Part shown: one piece after another, positions 48,401 to 59,902 of the stretch
Position numbering within the stretch: the first letter of the stretch is position 1
Layout of the letters: every line of letters starts with the position of its first letter
Assembly: GCF_020745735.1 (NCBI RefSeq)
Contig: NC_083444.1
Coordinates: 7,508,338 to 7,572,337, forward strand
Source of the DNA: Hemiscyllium ocellatum
Lineage: Eukaryota
Length of the DNA: 64,000 nt
Reading direction: 5' to 3'
Made by a program: the position numbers and the translations under genes
The notes under the pieces: model-generated
Databases searched by the model: none
What the model saw: only the letters and a program-made list of their open reading frames with translations
What the model was told of the DNA's origin: nothing

Positions 48401-51400
48401 TGTTCCCACTGCCTCCTGCCTGTCTCCTTGCTGTGTTCTTCCAGCTCCTGCCTGTCTCCTTGCTGTGTTCCGTCAGCCTCCTGCCTGTCTCCTTGCTGTG
48501 TTCCCTCTGATTCCTGCCTGTCTCCTTGCTGTGTTCCCTCAGATTCCTGCCTGTTGCCTGGCTTTGCTCCCACTGCCTCCTGCCTGTCTCCTTGCTATGT
48601 TCTCCCAGCTCCTGCCTGTCTCCTTGCTGTGTTCTCTGAAGCCTCCTGCCTGTCTCCTTACTTTGTTCTCCCTGCCTCCTGCCTGTCTCCTTGCTGTGTT
48701 CTCCCAGCTCCTGCCTGTCTCCTTTCTGTGTTCTCCCAGCCTCCTGCCTGTCTCCTTACTTTGTTCCCACTGCCTCCTGCCTGTCTCCTTGCTTTGTTCC
48801 CACTGCCTCCTGCCTGTATCCTTGCTGTGTTCTTCCAGCTCCTGCCTGTCTCCTTGCTGTGTTCTCCCAGCCTCCTGCCTGTCTCCTTGCTGTGTTCCCC
48901 CAGCCTCCTGCCTGTCTCCTTGCTGTGTTCCGTCAGCCTCCTGCCTGTCTTCGTGTTGTGTTCCCTCAGCCTCCTGCCTGTCTTCTTGCTGTGTTCCCTC
49001 AGATTCCTGCCTGTTGCCTGGCTTTGCTCCCACTGACTCCTGCCTGTCTCCTTGCTGTGTTCTCCCAGCCTCCTGCCTGTCTCCTTGCTGTGTTCCCCCA
49101 GCCTCCTGCCTGTCTCATTGCTGTGTTCTCTGAGACATCTTCCTGTCCCCTTGCTGTATTCCCTCAGTTTCCTAGGTAAAAACAATGACTGCAGATGCTG
49201 GAAACCAGATGCTGGATCAGTGGTGCTGGAAGAGCACAGCAGTTCAGGCAGCATCCAAAGAGCAGCTGGATGAAGGGCTTTTGCCCGAAACGTCGATTTC
49301 GCTGCTCATTGGATGCTGCCTGAACTGCTGTGCTCTTCCAGCACCACTGATCCATCAGTCTCCTGCCTGTCTCCTTGTCTGTTCTCCCAACCTCCTTCCT
49401 GTCTCCTTGCTGTGTTCCCTCAGCCTCCCGCCTGTCTACTTGCTGTGTTCTCCCAGCATCCTGCCTGTCTCCTTGCTGTGTTCCCCCAGCCTCCTGCCTG
49501 TCTCCTTGCTGTGTTCTCCCAGCATCCTGCCTGTCTCCTTGCTGTGTTCCCTCTGACATCTGTCAGTTTACTTGCTGAGTTCTCCAGCCCCCTGCCTGTT
49601 TCCACACTGTGTTGTCCCAGCCTCCTACCAGTCTCCTTCCTGTGTTCTCCCTTCTTCTGCCTGTCTCCTTGCTGTGTTCCCTCAGCCTCCTGCCTCTCAC
49701 CTTGCTGTGTTCTCCCTGCCTCCTGCCTGTCTCCTTGCTGTGTTCTCCCTGCCTCCTGCCTGTCTCCTTGCTGTGTTCTCCCAGCATCCTGCTTGTCTCC
49801 TTGCTGTATTCCATCAGCCTCCTGCCTGTCTTCTTGCTGTGTTCCCTCAGCCTCCTGCCTGTCTTCTTGCTGTGTTCCCTGAGCCTCCTGCCTGTCTTCT
49901 TGCTGTGTTCACTCAGCCTACTGCCTGTCTCCTTGCTGTGTTCTCCCAGCCTCCTGCCTGTATCCTTGCTCTGTTGTCCCAGCCTCCTGCCTGTCCCCTT
50001 GCTTTTTTCTCCCAGCTTCCTGCCTGTCTCCTTGCTGTGCTTTCCCTGCCTCCTGCCTGTCTCCTTGCTCTGTTGTCCCAGCCTCTTGTCTATCTCTTTG
50101 CTTTTTCTCCTTGCCTCCTGCCTGTCTCCTTGCTGTGTTCCCTCAGCCTCCTGCCTGTCTTCTTGCTGTGTTCCCTGAGCCTCCTGCCTGTCTTCTTGCT
50201 GTGTTCCCTCAGCCTACTGCCTGTCTCCTTGCTGTGTTCTCCCAGCCTCCTGCCTGTATCCTTGCTCTGTTGTCCCAGCCTCCTGCCTGTCCCCTAGCTT
50301 TTTTCTCCCAGCCTCCTGCCTGTCTCCTTGCTGTGTTCCCCCAGCCTCCTGCCTGTCTCATTGCTGTGTTCTCTGAGACATCTTCCTGTCCCCTTGCTGT
50401 ATTCCCTCAGTTTCCTAGGTAAAAACAATGACTGCAGATGCTGGAAACCAGATGCTGGATCAGTGGTGCTGGAAGAGCACAGCAGTTCAGGCAGCATCCA
50501 AAGAGCAGCTGGATGAAGGGCTTTTGCCCGAAACGTCGATTTCGCTGCTCATTGGATGCTGCCTGAACTGCTGTGCTCTTCCAGCACCACTGATCCATCA
50601 GTCTCCTGCCTGTCTCCTTGTCTGTTCTCCCAACCTCCTTCCTGTCTCCTTGCTGTGTTCCCTCAGCCTCCCGCCTGTCTACTTGCTGTGTTCTCCCAGC
50701 ATCCTGCCTGTCCCCTTGCTGTGTTCCCCCAGCCTCCTGCCTGTCTCCTTGCTGTGTTCTCCCAGCATCCTGCCTGTCTCCTTGCTGTGTTCCCTCTGAC
50801 ATCTGTCAGTTTACTTGCTGAGTTCTCCAGCCCCCTGCCTGTTTCCACACTGTGTTGTCCCAGCCTCCTACCAGTCTCCTTCCTGTGTTCTCCCTTCTTC
50901 TGCCTGTCTCCTTGCTGTGTTCCCTCAGCCTCCTGCCTCTCACCTTGCTGTGTTCTCCCTGCCTCCTGCCTGTCTCCTTGCTGTGTTCTCCCTGCCTCCT
51001 GCCTGTCTCCTTGCTGTGTTCTCCCAGCATCCTGCTTGTCTCCTTGCTGTATTCCATCAGCCTCCTGCCTGTCTTCTTGCTGTGTTCCCTCAGCCTCCTG
51101 CCTGTCTTCTTGCTGTGTTCCCTGAGCCTCCTGCCTGTCTTCTTGCTGTGTTCACTCAGCCTACTGCCTGTCTCCTTGCTGTGTTCTCCCAGCCTCCTGC
51201 CTGTATCCTTGCTCTGTTGTCCCAGCCTCCTGCCTGTCCCCTTGCTTTTTTCTCCCAGCTTCCTGCCTGTCTCCTTGTTGTGCTCTCCCTGCCTCCTGCC
51301 TGTCTCCTTGCTCTGTTGTCCCAGCCTCTTGTCTATCTCTTTGCTTTTTCTCCTTGCCTCCTGCCTGTCTCCTTGCTGTGTTCCCTCAGCCTCCTGCCTG

Positions 51401-53615
51401 TCTTCTTGCTGTGTTCCCTGAGCCTCCTGCCTGTCTTCTTGCTGTGTTCCCTCAGCCTACTGCCTGTCTCCTTGCTGTGTTCTCCCAGCCTCCTGCCTGT
51501 ATCCTTGCTCTGTTGTCCCAGCCTCCTGCCTGTCCCCTAGCTTTTTTCTCCCAGCTTCCTGCCTGTCTCCTTGCTGTGCTCTCCCTGCCTCCTGCCTGTC
51601 TCCTTGCTGTGTTCACTCAGCCTCCTGCCTGTCCCCTTGCTTTTTTCTCCCAGCCTCCTGCCTGTCTCCTTGCTGTGTTCCCCCAGCCTCCTGCCTGTCT
51701 CCTTGCTGTGTTCCCCCAGCCTCCTGCCTGTCTCATTGCTGTGTTCTCCCAGCCTCCTGCCTGTCTCCTTGCTGTGTTCTCCGAAGCCTCCTGCCTGTCT
51801 CCTTGCTGTGTTCCCTCAGCCTCCTGCCTGTCTCCTTGCTGTGTTCTCCGAAGCCTCCTGCCTGTCTCCTTGCTGTGTTCCCTGAGCCTACTGCCTGTCT
51901 CCTTGCTGTGTTCTCCCAGCCTCCTGCCTGTCTCCTTGCTTTGTTCCCACTGCCTCCTGCCTGTCTCCTTGCTATGTTCTCCCAGCCTCCTGCCTGTCTC
52001 CTTGCTCTGTTGTCCCAGCCTCCTGCCTGTCCCCTTGCTTTATTCTCCCAGCCTCCTGCCTGTCTCCTTGCTTTGTTGCCACTGCCTCCTGCCTGTATCC
52101 TTGCTATGTTCTTCCAGCTCCTGCCTGTCTCCTTTCTGTGTTCCCCCAGCCTCCTGCCTGTCTCCTTGCTGTGTTCCGTCAGCCTCCTGCCTGTCTTCTT
52201 GTTGTGTTCCCTCAGCCTCCTGCCTGTCTCCTTGCTGTGTTCCCTCTGATTCCTGCCTGTCTCCTTGCTGTGTTCCCTCAGATTCCTGCCTGTTGCCTGA
52301 CTTTGCTCCCACTGCCTCCTGCCTGTCTCCTTGCTATGTTCTCCCAGCCTCCTGCCTGTCTCCTTGCTTTTTTCTCCCTGCTTCCTGCCTGTCTCTTGCT
52401 GTGTTCTCTGAAGCCTCCTGCCTGTCTCCTTACTTTGTTCTCCCTGCCTCCTGCCTGTCTCCTTGCTGTGTTCTCCCAGCCTCCTGCCTGTCTCCTTTCT
52501 GTATTCCCTCAGCCTCCTGCCTGTCTCCTTGCTGTGTTCACTCAGCCTCCTGCCTGTCTCCTTGTTGTATTCTCCCAGCCTCCTGCCTGTCTCCTTGCTG
52601 TGTTCCCCCAGCCTCCTGCCTGTCTCCTTGCTGTGTTCCGTCAGCCTCCTGCCTGTCTTCTTGTTGTGTTCCCTCAGGCTCCTGCCTGTCTCCTTGCTGT
52701 GTTCCCTCTGATTCCTGCCTGTCTCCTTGCTGTGTTCCCTCAGATTCCTGCCTGTTGCCTGACTTTGCTCCCACTGCCTCCTGCCTGTCTCCTTGCTATG
52801 TTCTCCCAGCCTCCTGCCTGTCTCCTTGCTTTTTTCTCCCTGCTTCCTGCCTGTCTCTTGCTGTGTTCTCTGAAGCCTCCTGCCTGTCTCCTTGCTGTGT
52901 TCTCCCAGCCTCCTGCCTGTCTCCTTGCTGTGTTCCCTCAGCCTCCTGCCTGTCTCCTTGCTGTGTTCTCTCAGCCTCCTGCCTGTCTCCTTGCTGTGTT
53001 CCCTCAGCCTTCTGCCTGTCTTCTTGCTGTGTTCCCTCAGCCACCTGCCTGTCTCCTTGCTGTGTTCCCTCAGCCTTCTGCCTGTCTTCTTGCTGTGCTC
53101 CCTCAGCCACCTGCCTGTCTCCTTGCTGTGTTCCCTCAGCCTTCTGCCTGTCTTCTTGCTGTGTTTCCTCAGCCTCCTGCCTGTCTCCTTGCTGTGTTTC
53201 CTCAGCCTCCTGCCTGTCTCCTTGCTGTGTTCCCTCAGCCGCCTGCCTGCCCCCTTGCTGTGTTCCCTCAGCATCCTGCCTGTTGCCTTGCTTTGTTCCC
53301 ACTGCCTCCTGCCTGTCTCCTTGCTCTGTTGTCCCAGACTCCTGCCTGTCTCCTTGCTTTTTTCTCCCTGCCTCCTGCCTGTCTCCTTGCTGTGTTCCCT
53401 CAGCCTCCCGCCTGTCTCCTTACTTTGTTCTCCCTGCCTCCTGCCTGTCTCCTTGCTGTGTTCCCCCAGCCTCCTGCCTGTCTCCTTGCTGTGTTCCCCC
53501 AGCCTCCTGCCTGTCTCCTTGCTGTGTTCTCCCAGCCTCCTGCCTGTCTCCTTGCTGTGTTCCCCCAGCCTCCTGCCTGTCTCCTTGCTGTGTTCTCCCA
53601 TCCTCCTGCCTGTCT
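45426..53615. repeat. 8.2-kb 33-bp minisatellite with higher-order repeats
   Basis: Unit CAGCCTCCTGCCTGTCTCCTTGCTGTGTTCTCC. The 11-codon periodicity explains the long ORFs on both strands. It carries four copies of a 181-bp insert. Confidence 0.95.
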
Positions 53616-54109
53616 ATTTCATAATCTTGGGAAATGCAGGTATATTGGGGATGTGACTCATCTCCTTCAGGATCTGCAGTGTTTTTGGAGTTTCCTGCTG
53701 CCAATGGATTTCGATGGGCACGCTGGAGGTTGCTAGAACACAACAAGGATCAGTATGTGGAGATGTCCAAAAATACCTCAGGTATAGATCGTAGGGAATT
53801 AGACAGTGAGATCTTGAAAAATATCCATATTACAGAGATGTCAGAGGATGTGGTGGAGGCTGGTATAATTGCAACATTTAAGAGGCATTTGGATGGGTAT
53901 ATGAATAGGAAGGGTTTGGAGGGATATGGGCCGGGTGCTGGCAGGTGGGACTAGATTGGATTGAGATATCTGGTCGACATGGACGGGTTGGATTGAAGGG
54001 TCTGTTTCCATGCTGTACATCTCTATGAATGTATGACTCTAAGTGTACCCTTAGAGTGGGAAGGCAGGGAAGTGATGCCAGGCCCCTTGCTGAGTTTTTT
54101 TTAATCATT

Positions 54110-55870
54110 GATAGTCACGGTGAAGTGCCCGAAGACTGGAGGTTGGCTAACGTGGTGCCACTGTTTAAGAAGTGCTAAGTACAAGCCAGGGAACTAGAGA
54201 CCAGTGAGCCTGACCTTGGTGATAGGCAAGTTTTTGGGTAGAATCCTGAGGGAAAGGATGTACATGTATTTGGAAAGGCAAGGGCTGATTAGGGATAGTC
54301 AACATGACTTTGTGTGTGGGAAATCATGTCTCACAAACTTGATTGAGTTTTTTGAAGAAGTAATGAAGAGGATTGATTAGGGCAGAGCGGTAGATGTGAT
54401 CTATATGGACTTCAGTAAGGTATTCGACAAGTTTCCCCATTGGAGACTGGTTAGCAAGGTTAGATCGCACAGAATACATGGAGCGCTACGGTGGCTCAGT
54501 GGTTAGCACAGCTGCCTCATAGCGCCAGGGACCTGGGCTCATNNNNNNNNNNNNNNNNNNNNNNNNNNNNNNNNNNNNNNNNNNNNNNNNNNNNNNNNNN
54601 NNNNNNNNNNNNNNNNNNNNNNNNNNNNNNNNNNNNNNNNNNNNNNNNNNNNNNNNNNNNNNNNNNNNNNNNTTGCCCATAGTGTTAGGGGTATATGTAG
54701 GGCACTGTATCTGGGTGGGTTGCTTTTCGGAGGGTCGGTGTGGACTTGTTGGGCCGAAGGGCTGTTTCCACACTGTAAGTAATCTAATCTAAACTAGCCA
54801 ATTGGATACAGAACTGGCTGAAAGGTAGAAGACACAGGGTAGTGGTGGGGGGTTGTTTTTCAGACTGGAGGCCTGTGACCAGTGGAGTGCCACAAGGATC
54901 GGTGCTGGGTCCTTTACTTTTCATCATTTATATAAATGATTTGGATGCGAGCATAACAGGTATAGTTAGTAAGATTGCAGATGACACCAAAATTGGAAGT
55001 GTAGTAGACAGCGAAGAAGATTACCTCAGATTACAATGGGATCTTGATTAGATGGGCCAATGGGCTGAGAAGTGGCAGATGGAGTTTAATTCAGATAAAT
55101 GTGAGGTGCTGCATTTTGGAAAGGCAAATCTTAGCAGGACTTACACACTTAATGGTAAGGTCCTAGGGAGTGTTGCTGAACAAAGAAACCTTGAGAGTGC
55201 AGGTTCATAGCTCCTTGAATGTGGAGTCACAGATAGATAGGATAGTGAAGAAGGCGTTTGGTATGCTTTCCTTTGTCGGTCAGAGTATTGAGTACAGGAG
55301 TTGGGAGGTCATGTTGCGGTTGTACAGGACATTGGTGAGGCCACTGTTGGAATATTGCGTGCAATTCTGGTCTCCTTCCTATCGGAAAGATGTGAAACTT
55401 GAAAGGGTTCAGGAAAGATTCACAAGGATGTTGCCAGGGTTGGAGGATTTGAGCTACAGGGAGGGGGTGAACAGGCTGGGCTGGTTTCCCGGGAACGTCG
55501 GAGGCTGAAGGGTGACCTTATAGAGGTTTACATAATTATGAGGGGCATGGATAGGATAAATAGACAAAGTCTTTTCCCTGGGGTGGGGAGTCCAGAACTA
55601 GAGGGCATTGGTTTAGGGTGAGAGGGGAAAGATATAAAAGAGACCTAAGGGGCAACCTTTTCACACAGAGGGTGGTACATGTATGGAATGACCTGCCAGA
55701 GGAAGTAGTACAACTGCAACATTTAAGAGGCATTTGGATGGGTATATGAATAGGACGGGTTTGGAGGGATATGGGCCAGGGGCTGGCGGGTGGGACAAGA
55801 TTGGGTTAGGATAACTGCTCGGTATGGATGGGTTGGACCGAAGGGCGTGTTTCCATTCTATACATCTACG
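54110..55870 (+). mobile_element. CR1 LINE RT fragment (decayed)
   Basis: GNYRPVSL-like sequence, GVPQGSVLGP, IADDT and LLEYCVQFWSP across frameshifts. Confidence 0.85.
54485..54792 (+). mobile_element. HE1/V-SINE (part in N-gap) inserted in CR1
   Basis: Head before the gap and tail after it; CR1 sequence resumes on both sides. Confidence 0.75.
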
Positions 55871-56000
55871 TCAACATTTCGGGTAAAGAAGGGTTATATC
55901 CATGTTGACTTCTGATGCTGCCCTGGCTTGCTGTGTTCTTCCAGCCTCCTGCTTGTCTACCTGGGATTCCAGCATCTGCATGGTTTTTTTTGTCTCTAAT
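55868..56000 (+). mobile_element. Fold-back Penelope-like terminal repeat fragment
   Basis: GTCAACAT 55870-55877 / ATGTTGAC 55902-55909 inverted pair, then gatgctgccctggcttgctgtgttcttccagc...ccagcatctgca. Confidence 0.6.
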
Positions 56001-56432
56001 GCACATAATCTGCCTGTCAAAAGTTTACCCTTAAATTCTCAGATTTTTGCCTGTACAGTATTTCCAAAAACCTCTTAAATTGATTCATGGGGCGAGTTCC
56101 CCCCTTGTTTGGCCAGCATTTATTGCCCATCCATAATTGCCCAGGGGGCAGTTAAGAGTCAGCCACATTGGCTGTGGGTCTGTAGGCCAGACCAGGTAAA
56201 GCTGCAAGTTTCCTTCCCTGATGGAAATCAATGAACTTGATGGGATTTTCCAACCATCCTCACTCTATTTTTTTTTATTTTGCTTTCTTCTTTTTTTTTT
56301 GGTTATATTTTTTTTTCTTTTTTTTTCTTTTCCTGCTTTTTTTTTATTAACCCCCACACTACCGCCTAACTGCGGTAGTGCTTATTTTCCATCCTCACTC
56401 TATAAAGACATTTATAAAATCACAAGGGGTAT

Positions 56433-56733
56433 AGATTTAGATTACTTACAGTGTGGAAACAGGCCCTTCGGCCCAACAAGTCCACACCGACCCGCCGCGA
56501 AACCCACCCATACCCCTACATTTATCCCTTACCTAACACTACAGGCAATTTAGCATGGCCAATTCACCTGGCCTGCACATCTTTGGACTGTGGGAGGAAA
56601 CCGGAGCACCCGGAGGAAACCCACGCAGACACGGGGAGAACGTGCAAACTCCACACAGTCAGTCGCCTGAGTCGGGAATTGAACCCGGGTCTCTGGCGCT
56701 GTGAGGCAGCAGTGCTAACCACTGTGCCATCGT
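56433..56733 (-). mobile_element. HE1/V-SINE, full length
   Basis: Reverse complement of the SINE consensus seen elsewhere in the window. Confidence 0.85.
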
Positions 56734-58659
56734 GATGAATGGCAGGTGTCTTTGTTTCCCAAGGGTTTGAGTTTTAAAAATACTCTGGATAGGCTGGGAC
56801 TTTGTTCATCGGAGGGTAGGAGGTTGAGGGTGAGTTTATTGAGGATTATAAGCTCTGAGGTGTATAGCTAAGGTGAATAGCAGCTGTCTTTTCCCTAGGG
56901 TGGGGAATTTCAAGACTAGGGGACATATTTTTAAGGTTAGAGGAGAAAAAGGATTAGATTAGATTACCTACAGTGGGGAAACAGGCCATTTGGCCCAACA
57001 AGTCCACACCGACTCTCCAAAGAGTAACCCACCTTGACCCATTCCCCTACATTTACCCCTGACTAATGCACCTAAACTATACATCCCTGAACACTAGCAG
57101 GCAATTTAGCACGGCCAATTCACCCTAACCTGCACATCTTTGGATTGTGGGAAGAAACTGGAGCACCCGGAATAAACCCACGCAGACATGAGGAGCAACA
57201 TTTTACAGAGAGTAGATCACATGTGGTATGAACCTCCTGAGGAAGTGGTAGATGAGGGTACAGGCACAAAGTTTACAAGACATTTGGCTAAGTCTATGAA
57301 TAGGAAAGGTTTGGAGGAATATTGGCCAGGAGCAGGGAGGTGGGACTAATTTAGTTTGGGATTATGGCCTGGTTAGACCTCAGGATTTGTTTCCGTGCTG
57401 TATGATTCTATGACTTGGCTCTGTGATCTCTCATCTGTTGATCAGAGTTATCTCTTTAACCTATAGAGATATCTCTTTTAGCAGCTCCCTGTGGCACTCT
57501 ATTTATTGATGCAAGATCTTGAGACAATATCCTTTTGGACTTACACTAATTGCATCCCAATCTTATGTCGTCCTTGTTCCTAAATAACCCAGCCAACGAT
57601 CCCCCAAAACGTTGACACAACTCATAGAGGTAGACCCTCTAATCCCAGAGTCACCACAAATCTGATGCAACCAGCAATTCTAATTTGCCTCTGACAAACA
57701 AGAAAAGTTTCGATTCCCAGCACAAGCTGAGATCACCACAAAGGACTTTCTTTCTCAACCCTGCTCCTCGCCTGACCCTCAGGTTAATCTCACCACCAGC
57801 CATCTCTCTTTCTAAGGACAGAACAGTCCTGTAGTTGCCTGGGTCCTCACCTTTGTACCTCAACCAGTATGAGAGCAAACTGTCCCAGGTTCCTACAGCA
57901 AACAGCCAAAACAACTCTGTTTACCCAAACACTGGTAACTTTGTCGGAAGACACCAGACACAAGGTTATAGTCCAACAGGTTTATTTAAAATCACAAAAG
58001 TTCTGAGCATTGCCCCTTTATTAGCTCGGAAAGTTGGTAGTTTCAAGTAAAGATGATGGACTCTAACCTGGTGTCATGTAAACTTCTGAGGTTGTCCAGA
58101 CCAGACCAACACAGACACCTGCCTCCACATCATGGCGACTGATAATTTTAACACCGAGCGGTAAAGAAAAACTGACCCTTAATTTGCACAGTTTAAACGT
58201 TACCCCTTTTAAGATTCACACACCCAAAAGACCAAGCAGAGACATTGAGGAACATTATGTAAAGCATAGTTTAGGAGGACACAGTTTTGTATGGGCAATC
58301 AAACTGGGTTCATTCCATCATCCTTTCGATTCTTTCATGATTGCACAGTGTTGGTCGCTGCTCGAGTTTGTTCGGTTTTGGAGTATAATCTGCTCTTTCC
58401 AACAAGTAAATCTGGGGACAGCGTTCCCATGGAGAACTGACCAATCAGAGGGCTGTTGCTATGCTGAGTTCTCCTGGACTCGCAGCAAATGGTGCAATCC
58501 GCCTGGATGTAGTGACCCCAAGAGTCATCGGCTGTCTCCAACGCTGCAGACAACTTCCATGTTCGGTTTCCCTTCTGCAAAGCAGGGCTCCAGTCTCCAC
58601 CATTCCCCGTCTCTCCCAAAGCGCTCATAAATAAAGAGAATGTGATCACCATGTGAAAG

Positions 58660-59340
58660 AGAGACAGTGAGACCAGAGAAGGGACAGAAAGGCAGACAGG
58701 ATGGGTGAGAGAGGGAAGAGAAAGGCAGATAGTGTGGTGAGAGAAAGAGAGAATGAGGGAGAGATAGAGAGAAAGGCAGACAATGTGTGTGAGAGAGACA
58801 GGATGTGGGGGAGAGAGAGAGAGAGAAAGGCAGGCAGAATCTGTGTGAGAGAAAGACAGAATGTGTGTGTGAGAGAGACAGAAAGAGAATGTGTGTGAGA
58901 GAGGCAGTGTGGGAGAGAGAGAGAAAGAGAATGTGTGTGAGAGAGGCAGTGTGGGAGAGAGAAAGAAAGAGAATGTGTGTGAGAGAGGCAGTGTGGGAGA
59001 GAGAGAGAAAGAGAATGTGTGTGAGAGAGGCAGTGTGGGAGAGAGAGAGAGAAAGACAGGCAGAATGTGTATGTGTGTGAGAGAAAAGCAGTCAGAATGT
59101 GAGAAAAAGAGAAAGGTATACAGACTGTATGAGAGATAGTGTGGGAGAGATAGAAAGGGAGGCAATGTGTGTGTGTGAGCGAGAGACAAAGACAGAATGT
59201 AATCGAGAGACAGACAAAATATGTGTGTGTGTGAGAGAAGACAATGATACAAAGATAGTAACACGCAGAAAATGGAAGGGACAGAAACCACGAGTGGGAA
59301 AGACTGAGAGAGAGGGGGGGGGGGGGGGGGGGGGGAGCGG
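58660..59340. repeat. GA/GT-rich low-complexity region with a 42-bp tandem core
   Basis: AGGCAGTGTGGG recurs at 58902, 58944 and onward. Confidence 0.8.
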
Positions 59341-59902
59341 GGACCGGGGTGGGGAAGAAAGTGAAAGTCAGAAAGTGCACCTCAGAAACAGAGAGAGAGA
59401 GCAAAAGAGCTGGTGTTGTGCATGCATAGGCTGCTGGCCAATGAGTAATTGTGAACTCAGTTTAAGATAATTGAGGGATAGAGAGAGTCCACAATGGGCT
59501 ATCATTGAGCAACAGGGAGGAATGGCCGCAGTTACTCTCCCCTCACGATGGCCGGGATCCGAGAATTTCTTAAAAACCCGTCAAAGTCCAGACCCAACCT
59601 GGGCCTGGGGAGGTATATGACGAAGGTTTGTTTGACATAACTAACAAGCTGAGTTCCAGCTGACAATTCTGTGTCTTTCTCTGTCCGTCCTCTCTTCCCA
59701 CTTTCAGGAATGTTGGAGATAGGTTTGAAGGATGGGAGGCAGAGGTAACGAGGCAACCTCTGATATCCGGCCCTGTCCAAGCGACTGACGGATTCTCCGC
59801 CGGGAGAGATCAGCCAGACGGAGCGGCTGTCCTGGATGGAGGGAGGGAGAAAGGGAACAGTTCTCAGGAAGAGCTCGTTCCAAAAATCCGACACAAAGTC
59901 CT

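Noticed and set aside
45569-50597. Regularly recurring palindromic repeats with spacers, superficially CRISPR-like
   Set aside because: Eukaryotic context, spacers are kilobase satellite blocks, the repeats are Penelope-derived and there are no cas genes.
45708-53736. Very long ORFs (up to 756 aa) rich in Cys/Pro/Leu or EHSKETGRR repeats, resembling keratin-associated or antifreeze-like proteins
   Set aside because: They arise on both strands because the 33-bp unit is a multiple of three and lacks stops; units drift with frameshifts and there is no splice or promoter context.
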